24,589 nucleotides of DNA, taken from NCBI GenBank assembly GCA_046758705.1, contig JBHIAT010000038.1, forward strand, positions 1 to 24,589, read 5' to 3'. Below, in pieces: positions 18,694-24,589 of the stretch. Numbering within the stretch: position 1 is the first letter of the stretch; the number at the start of each line of letters is the position of its first letter. The stretch comes from Candidatus Bipolaricaulia bacterium (GTDB lineage: Bacteria; Bipolaricaulota; Bipolaricaulia; JBHIAT01). The notes below the pieces were generated by a model. It was not told the origin of the DNA. It saw only the letters and a program-made list of their open reading frames with translations, and ran no database searches. Made by a program: the position numbers and the translations under genes.

Positions 18694-19818
18694 ATGATTA
18701 ACCGAAGGATGTTGACACGGCTGGCCCTGCTGATGTTGGGTTTTTCGCTTCTTATACTCAACTTCTACGGCGGTGAAGCCCAGGACATCAGGGTGGGGCC
18801 TGGAGGCATTAACTTTGACGCGTTCGGGGGGCCTGATCCCAACACGGCGAACTTCCGCTCCAACGATGGTTTGCTCATCTTCTCCATCGTGACCCACACG
18901 GCCGGGAATGGATTCTTCAACCCGGTCTATGTCGGTGCGACCGCGGCCGCCCAGATGCTGACTGCGTATGGAACGCCGGTGATTGTATTGCGCGAGGGCT
19001 CTCCGAGCCCCTCTGACGATCCGTTTACGGCGATTCAGATCATCGAAGCCCGGATGCGGGATCCTAAGCTGGACGGGATCGTGATTACTACCCCGGCGGT
19101 GGGCTCTTATGGGGACATTGTCCGCAGAGCCTTCGAACTGGGGATCCCGATCGCGACCACGAACTCGTTCGATCCGACCATTCCGTTCCGAGACCAGGTG
19201 TCTCACACCGGCCAGGATGCTGGCGCATCGGCCATCGCCGGGCGAGCCCTGGCCCAGTGCCTGCTGGACAACAACATGACCAGTGGTGTCGTCCTCTTGC
19301 CCAACACGATCGCAGGCACGAACGTCGAGGTGAACAACCGGATCAAGTTCGCCGCGGGAGCGATCCGGGAGTCGATCGCCAACACTCCGGCGCTTTCGGG
19401 CGTCCGGGTCGATGATGGTCCTGAGGGGATCGGCGTCGACGTCAGCCTGGAGACCCCGACGGAGGACATCATCAACCTGATTCAGGCGACCCCCAACGTC
19501 ATCGGCCTGTTTGGCGGGAACAACATCACCACCCCGTCGATCGGCGACGCGGTCCGCACGCTGGGGATCGCTGACCGAACCTGCGCGTTCGGGTTTGACG
19601 TGGGAGGTGCCCAGCAGGACTTCGTCTCCACCGGCGACTTGGACGGTGCGTTGGGACAGCAGCCCTTCTTGCAGGGGCTCTACCCCATCATTCAGATCTA
19701 TATGCAGATCGATCGCGGTGTCTCGGCCGCCAACCTGGACACCCGGGCCGAGTTGCTTACCCCGGCTAACCTGGATGTGTTCAGGAAGTTCTCCGAGACA
19801 CGGCTCACCAACTTCTAA
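18694..19818 (+). CDS. Sugar ABC transporter substrate-binding protein (periplasmic binding protein type I)
   Basis: Signal peptide ending GEA|Q. FFNPVYVGA, LDGIVIT, GIPIATTNS, GQD, FGFD and QQPFLQG match the RbsB-like fold. Confidence 0.88.
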   Translation: MINRRMLTRLALLMLGFSLLILNFYGGEAQDIRVGPGGINFDAFGGPDPNTANFRSNDGLLIFSIVTHTAGNGFFNPVYVGATAAAQMLTAYGTPVIVLREGSPSPSDDPFTAIQIIEARMRDPKLDGIVITTPAVGSYGDIVRRAFELGIPIATTNSFDPTIPFRDQVSHTGQDAGASAIAGRALAQCLLDNNMTSGVVLLPNTIAGTNVEVNNRIKFAAGAIRESIANTPALSGVRVDDGPEGIGVDVSLETPTEDIINLIQATPNVIGLFGGNNITTPSIGDAVRTLGIADRTCAFGFDVGGAQQDFVSTGDLDGALGQQPFLQGLYPIIQIYMQIDRGVSAANLDTRAELLTPANLDVFRKFSETRLTNF

Positions 19819-19858
19819 CTTCTAGTTTAGAGTTGGCTGATTGGTTGAGATCAACTGT

Positions 19859-19898
19859 GGGCAGGCACCCGTGACGGGTGTCTGCTCCTTCTTATTTC
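19859..19898 (+). terminator. Strong hairpin after the SBP gene (leaky intrinsic terminator or mRNA 3' stabiliser)
   Basis: GGGCAGGCACCCG-tga-CGGGTGTCTGCTC forms a 13-bp stem with two G-U pairs, followed by an interrupted U-rich tail (CTTCTTATTTC). Confidence 0.65.
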
Positions 19899-20175
19899 TG
19901 TTGCTATTTCTCGATGCCCAATCTTCTGTAAGAAACCTTACAGTGATCCTGCGCCCGAGCCCGTCTGGGTACATGTAAAAGAATCCAGAAACAGACGGAT
20001 CTCAACCGAAGAGAGACCGTTTGATGACGTTTAGCTCATCGACGTTGATCGAACGAGGTGATCAGAACGCTTTAGGTACTTTCAGAGCCGGTTAGTCCGG
20101 CCATATCCCTATCCTTGTTTGCCTTCTGATGAGATCCGAGTTAGCATAAGGGGACTTTGTCGGGAGGAGTGCGGC

Positions 20176-22452
20176 GTGTCGAAGTCGCAAGATCGGGATC
20201 TCACCAAGAAGGCAAGTCAATTCGAGAGCCCCTGGGACCTGCTACGGTGGATGTTTGCCCGCCAGTGGGTCGGGTTTGTACTGGTCCTCGCCCTCCTGTG
20301 GTTAGTCGGGTCGTTGTTGCGACCGGATTTCTTTCCTAAGTGGGGAAATCTGTTCGACTTGCTGCGCCAGATGACCCCGATCGGGCTTGTCGCCGTGGCG
20401 ATGACCTATGTGATCATCAACAAGGATATCGATCTTTCGGTCGGCTCGGTGTTCGCCCTGGCGACGGTGGTCTTCGGCGTGCTGGTCAAATTCCAAGGCA
20501 TGAACGCGTGGGCCGCGGCGGCCGTGGTGCTGGGGGTCGGTTTGGCAGCGGGATTGGTGAATGGACTGCTTGCCACCGTGTTCCGGTTGCCCGCCTTCAT
20601 CGCCACGCTGGGTATGTTCTTCCTGGCCCGGGGACTGACCCTCATGCTGTCAGGGGGGTTCAACATCATCGGTTTCCCCAACTCACGACCTCCTAATCTT
20701 CACCCGTTCTATCTGCTGGGCCAGTCCACCTCCATCTCCCACGCCGGTGAACTCAACAACATGGTGTGGATCTTCCTGGGTGTGGCATTGATCGGTGCGT
20801 TCGTCCTGAGGTGGACCGTGTTTGGCTACAAGGTCTACGCCACCGGTGGGAACCAGGAGGCCGCAATTCTGGCCGGGATCAACACCCATTGGGTGCGCAT
20901 CCGGGCGTTTCTGTTCAGCGGTTTTGCCGCCGCGGTGGCCGGTCTCATCAATGTCGCCTGGATTCGCCGCGCCACGCCGGACGTGGCCGTCGGTTTCGAG
21001 TTGTTAGTCATTGCCGCGGTGGTGGTGGGCGGCACGAGCCTGTTCGGGGGGAGAGGGTCGGTGCTGGGGTCGGTCCTGGGTACCGGCATCCTGGTGATCA
21101 TCCGTAAGATCTTTACGATCGGCATCATCGTCGGCGATGAGGTCAGACGCCTTCCCCAGGTCGGAACGTTGGTCTTCATCGGTGCCATCGTCCTGCTGGC
21201 GATCCTGATTGACATCTGGGTGCGGGAGGAGCGGATCTTCGCCCGGCTGGTGGCCCGGCTCCGGGGGATACGCCTTCCGGAGCGAGCGACTTTCGGGGTG
21301 GCCGGTCAGCTGTTGGGCACCCGAGGTCAGGGAGCTGCCGGCGCCGGTGGCGGGGCCCGTGAGCCCAACCTGTTCGGACGGTTCTTTCAGGCACGGGAGG
21401 CCGGCATCGTGATCATCGTGGTGGCCCTGTGGTTCATCGGTCGTTGGCTGCGACCGGACTTCTTTGCCAGCAGCGCAAACACGCTGGGCGTCCTGCGGGA
21501 GATCGCCCAACTCGGTATCATCGCCGTCGGGATGACCTATGTGATCATCAACGCGGACATTGATCTTTCGGTCGGTTCGGTGCTGGCCTTCTCCGGGGTC
21601 GTGTGGTCGGTGTTGGTCAAGTGGGGCGGCTGGAATGCCTGGGCCGCCGCTGCCATGGTCCTCGTGGCGGGAGCGGTGATCGGGCTGACCAACGGTCTGC
21701 TTTCCACCAAGCTCAAGCTTCCCGCGTTCGTGGCCACGTTGGGGATGCTGTTCGTGGCCCGAGGGGCCGCGTCTTGGATCAGTCGAGGTGGCCAGCTCAC
21801 CCAGTTCCCCGATTCCTCGTTCTTCCTTATCGCTCAGGAAAACGCTCGGTTGGGAGGGATCCCCAACCAGGTCCTCATCCTGTTGGGCATTGTCATCATC
21901 GGTTGGCTGGTTCTGCAACGAACCACGTTCGGCTATCAGGTCTACGCCACCGGCGGAAACCGGGATGCCGCCGCACGGGCCGGGATCAATACCGATTGGG
22001 TGCGCATCCGGGCGTTTATCATCGTCAGCGCGTTGGCCGCACTCACCGCCCTGATCACCGTGGCCCGGGTGCGTTCGTTCGCGGCCAGCCTCGGACAAGG
22101 GTTGGAGCTGAGGGTGATCGCTGCGGTCATCGTGGGCGGCACGAGCCTGTTCGGAGGCCGGGGCTCGGTGCTGGGCGCGTTCTTGGGGGCGGCGTTGATC
22201 GAGCTGATTAGAAACATTCTGTTCAACGGCCGGCTGGTGGACATGCAATTCGGTGAAACCGTCGTTAAGGCGGTGGTCACCTTCAACCAGCGTTGGCTGC
22301 AAATCATCCTGGGATCCCTCCTCCTGCTGGTGGTTGTGATCGATATCTGGGTGCGAGAGGAGCGGATCCTCGTCCGCCTCTGGCGATGGATCCGAAACAG
22401 ACCGTGGCTGGCGCCGCCTCAAGCCGCCGAGGTCGGGATACGGAAGCGGTAA
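20176..22452 (+). CDS. Sugar ABC transporter permease with two fused RbsC-like (BPD_transp_2) domains
   Basis: Two copies each of MTYVIINxDIDLSVGS, LPAF(I/V)ATLGM, VYATGGN..AA..AGINT and IAAVxVGGTSLFGGRGSVLG. GTG 20176 follows SD GGAGG (20163-20167). Confidence 0.92.
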   Translation: MSKSQDRDLTKKASQFESPWDLLRWMFARQWVGFVLVLALLWLVGSLLRPDFFPKWGNLFDLLRQMTPIGLVAVAMTYVIINKDIDLSVGSVFALATVVFGVLVKFQGMNAWAAAAVVLGVGLAAGLVNGLLATVFRLPAFIATLGMFFLARGLTLMLSGGFNIIGFPNSRPPNLHPFYLLGQSTSISHAGELNNMVWIFLGVALIGAFVLRWTVFGYKVYATGGNQEAAILAGINTHWVRIRAFLFSGFAAAVAGLINVAWIRRATPDVAVGFELLVIAAVVVGGTSLFGGRGSVLGSVLGTGILVIIRKIFTIGIIVGDEVRRLPQVGTLVFIGAIVLLAILIDIWVREERIFARLVARLRGIRLPERATFGVAGQLLGTRGQGAAGAGGGAREPNLFGRFFQAREAGIVIIVVALWFIGRWLRPDFFASSANTLGVLREIAQLGIIAVGMTYVIINADIDLSVGSVLAFSGVVWSVLVKWGGWNAWAAAAMVLVAGAVIGLTNGLLSTKLKLPAFVATLGMLFVARGAASWISRGGQLTQFPDSSFFLIAQENARLGGIPNQVLILLGIVIIGWLVLQRTTFGYQVYATGGNRDAAARAGINTDWVRIRAFIIVSALAALTALITVARVRSFAASLGQGLELRVIAAVIVGGTSLFGGRGSVLGAFLGAALIELIRNILFNGRLVDMQFGETVVKAVVTFNQRWLQIILGSLLLLVVVIDIWVREERILVRLWRWIRNRPWLAPPQAAEVGIRKR

Positions 22453-22482
22453 GCCTGAGTTTTGAAAGGAGATGAGTCACCT

Positions 22483-23430
22483 ATGAGTGAGGGTGAGGTT
22501 CGGGTCAGCGAAGAGCAAAAGAAGCAGCAGCAGAAGAAACAGCAAAAGAAGCAGAAAAAGGATGGGAAAGGGAAACCGGAGATCCTCGTGGAGATGCAAG
22601 ACATCTCTAAAGCGTTCGGCGCCGTTCAGGCCCTTCAGGACGTCAGCCTGAGACTCTATCACGATGAAATTCTAGGTCTGGTCGGTGATAACGCCGCCGG
22701 AAAATCCACGCTGATGAAGATCCTCTCCGGTGCGTACTTCCCTGATACCGGGGAGATCTATTTCGAAGGAGAGCGGGTCCATGTGCACAGCCCCAAGGAC
22801 GCCCGAGGGTTGGGGATCGAGATGGTCTACCAAGACCTGGCCCTGTGCGGCAACCTGGATGTCGCCACCAACATCTTCCTGGGCCGCTGGCCTACCAAGC
22901 GATGGCCCGGCAACATCTTCCGGTTCCTGGAGCGCTGGCGCACCAAACGCCAGCGCTCCAAGCGATGGCTCATCAAAACCAAAAACTACTTGGAACGCTG
23001 GCCTAACATCGTCGATGCGAAGCGAATGAACGCCTCCGCTGATGGGATCCTTGACAAGCTTCAGGTGGGCGTCCATTCGGTCAAGCTCCGCGTCGAAACC
23101 CTGTCGGGTGGGCGTCAGCAGTCGGTGGCCATCGCCCGGTCGATCAGCTTTGAACCCAAGGTGCTCATCATGGACGAGCCCACCGCCAACCTGTCAGCTA
23201 CAGCCACCAAGAGAGTCCTGCAACAGATCCAGGAACTCAAGCAACACGGCGTCTCGGTGATCGTCATTAGTCACCGCCTCGAAGATATCTTCACCGTGGG
23301 CGATCGGGTGATGGTTCTGAGGCATGGCCTGAACGCGGGTGAGCGTGTGATCCGGGAGACGACCGAGGATGAGGTTCTGGGGCTGATCATCTCGGGAGAG
23401 TCTTCCCAGGAGGTGCGGACTGGGACTTAG
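22483..23430 (+). CDS. Sugar ABC transporter ATP-binding protein (single NBD)
   Basis: Walker [11 protein letters not shown]-loop VYQDL, signature LSGGRQQ, Walker B LIMDEPT, H-loop ISH. ATG 22483 is preferred over TTG 22462. Confidence 0.93.
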   Translation: MSEGEVRVSEEQKKQQQKKQQKKQKKDGKGKPEILVEMQDISKAFGAVQALQDVSLRLYHDEILGLVGDNAAGKSTLMKILSGAYFPDTGEIYFEGERVHVHSPKDARGLGIEMVYQDLALCGNLDVATNIFLGRWPTKRWPGNIFRFLERWRTKRQRSKRWLIKTKNYLERWPNIVDAKRMNASADGILDKLQVGVHSVKLRVETLSGGRQQSVAIARSISFEPKVLIMDEPTANLSATATKRVLQQIQELKQHGVSVIVISHRLEDIFTVGDRVMVLRHGLNAGERVIRETTEDEVLGLIISGESSQEVRTGT

Positions 23431-23443
23431 GGGCGAAAGCCGG

Positions 23444-24475
23444 TTGGTTGTGTTGACGAGGACGCGGTCGTTTAAGCTCTCTATCATCCTTCTCCTCATC
23501 GGTGCTGGGGTGTTTCTATTCCTGAACCGGAGTCCGGGCCTGGACGTGACGGTGTTGGCGAACATCCCGGTCGGGGAAGAGCCGTTGGGCATTGCCGTTG
23601 CCCCGGATGGCTCCCGGATCTATGTGGCCAACGCCCAGAGTGGGACGCTGAGTGTGATTGATGCGAGAACCCACCAGGTGGTGGACACCCTCGTGATCGA
23701 CGAGAACTCACGGCTGTTCGGGGTGGCGTTGAGCCCCGATGGGACCCAGGCCTACATCAGCTGGACCGTAAGAACCCCCGAGTCCCCGGGGTTCGTCAGC
23801 GTCGTCGACCTGCCGGCCGGCCGGGTGGTCGCTACGATCCCGGTCCGACTCTCCCCCCAAGATATGGCCCTCTCCGCCGATGGGAGCCGTCTTTACGTGG
23901 TGAACGCCGCCTCCAACAACGTCAGTGTGATCGACACAACCATCCTAGAAGTGCTGAAGAACATCCAGGTCGGGTTCAACCCGTTCTCGATCGTGCTCAC
24001 CCAAGATGGACGGCTGGCCTACGTCTCCCACTCACGGGGCCGAAACATCGGCGTGATCGATCTCGCCACTGTCCAGATGGTTCGAACCATCCCCCTGCCG
24101 TTCCTCACTCGGCTGTTGGAAATTGACGTCACCGACGACGGTCGCCACCTCTACATAGCTGACGGGATCCGGAACTCAGTGGTGGTGGTAGACGACGAAC
24201 AGGGAGAGGCGATGCGCTCCCTGCAAGTCACCCGCGAGGGAGGCAACGTGGAGTACAGCCCGATGGGCCTGGCCATCTCCCCGGATGGGACGCGGCTCTA
24301 CGTCGTGAACCGCAACGGCTACCTGTCGGTCTTTGAACTCCCCCAAGATCGCCTGTTGGGCACCCTGAAGCTGGGCGTGGATTTACGGCAGGTCGCATTT
24401 GCACCCGATGGCACGGCCTATATCACCAGCCAGGGGACCAATTCGGTGATCGTGGTCGAAGAGACGGAGCAGTAA
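23444..24475 (+). CDS. YVTN/YncE family beta-propeller repeat protein, membrane-anchored or exported
   Basis: About 7 repeats of IPVG..P.GIA(V/L)(S/A)PDG.R(L/I)YV.N...VSVID after an N-terminal hydrophobic helix. Start codon uncertain (TTG/GTG). Confidence 0.88.
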   Translation: MVVLTRTRSFKLSIILLLIGAGVFLFLNRSPGLDVTVLANIPVGEEPLGIAVAPDGSRIYVANAQSGTLSVIDARTHQVVDTLVIDENSRLFGVALSPDGTQAYISWTVRTPESPGFVSVVDLPAGRVVATIPVRLSPQDMALSADGSRLYVVNAASNNVSVIDTTILEVLKNIQVGFNPFSIVLTQDGRLAYVSHSRGRNIGVIDLATVQMVRTIPLPFLTRLLEIDVTDDGRHLYIADGIRNSVVVVDDEQGEAMRSLQVTREGGNVEYSPMGLAISPDGTRLYVVNRNGYLSVFELPQDRLLGTLKLGVDLRQVAFAPDGTAYITSQGTNSVIVVEETEQ

Positions 24476-24477
24476 AA

Positions 24478-24589
24478 GTCAAGTACCCGCTCCCTAAACG
24501 GAGCGGGCTTGCAAGGAGTCGCGTTGCCAGCGCCAAACACGCAAGTTAAACGCGAGACTAGGGTGGCCCAGTTCTCTAACCGAGGACGC
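24478..24589 (+). mobile_element. IS200/IS605-superfamily left end, probable 5' scaffold of an IscB omegaRNA/HEARO RNA (truncated by the window edge)
   Basis: GTCAAGTA-CCCGCTCC-CTAAAC-GGAGCGGG-CTTG matches the GTCAA.TACCC..CTAAA..GGGCTTG subterminal hairpin of these elements. Further pairings are CTTGC/GCAAG and AGTCGCGTT/AACGCG(AG)ACT. Confidence 0.7.

Noticed and set aside
20085-20125. Minus-strand GGCAAAC...GCCGGACTAA faintly like a c-di-GMP-I riboswitch near a GGDEF gene
   Set aside because: Lacks the GNRA-capped P2 stem and the GCAAA junction, and is antisense to the operon.
20126-20160. CTGATGAG resembling a hammerhead ribozyme core
   Set aside because: No stem II followed by GAAA, and no consistent stems I/III.
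20119-20175. TTG-started extension of the permease
   Set aside because: SD GGAGG is correctly spaced for GTG 20176, and the extension has no support.
21004-22422. 472-aa minus-strand ORF (also 17018-18013, 14221-15129, 18367-19206, 17910-18599)
   Set aside because: Antisense shadows of well-supported + strand genes in GC-rich DNA, with no recognisable motifs or RBS.

Overview
Bacterial genomic window in which every credible gene lies on the + strand. It has three parts. (1) ~1-10.96 kb is an accessory patchwork of functionally unrelated genes: two GNATs, a GH63-like glycosidase, cupin, MetE-II-like protein, glutaminyl cyclase, DUF1622, EEP nuclease, SAM methyltransferase, two orphan exported proteins and a PLP decarboxylase. 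It carries three separate lesions (a 3'-truncated metallophosphoesterase, a +1 frameshift in the MetE-II gene, a large in-frame deletion in the decarboxylase) and several integron attC-like half-sites at 3.3-4.4 kb, suggesting a decaying or domesticated gene-cassette array. (2) ~11.0-18.5 kb is a core operon: eno-ftsB-dnaE-yvcK-GAF/GGDEF. (3) ~18.5-24.5 kb is a sugar-type ABC transporter (SBP, a ~350-nt highly structured intergenic region, a fused double permease, an ATPase with a repeat-derived insertion) plus a YVTN beta-propeller gene. Two nt after that gene's stop, an IS200/IS605-family left end resembling the 5' scaffold of an IscB omegaRNA/HEARO RNA begins and runs off the window edge. 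No rRNA, tRNA or CRISPR array was seen. All family calls come from motif recognition by eye, without database searches.
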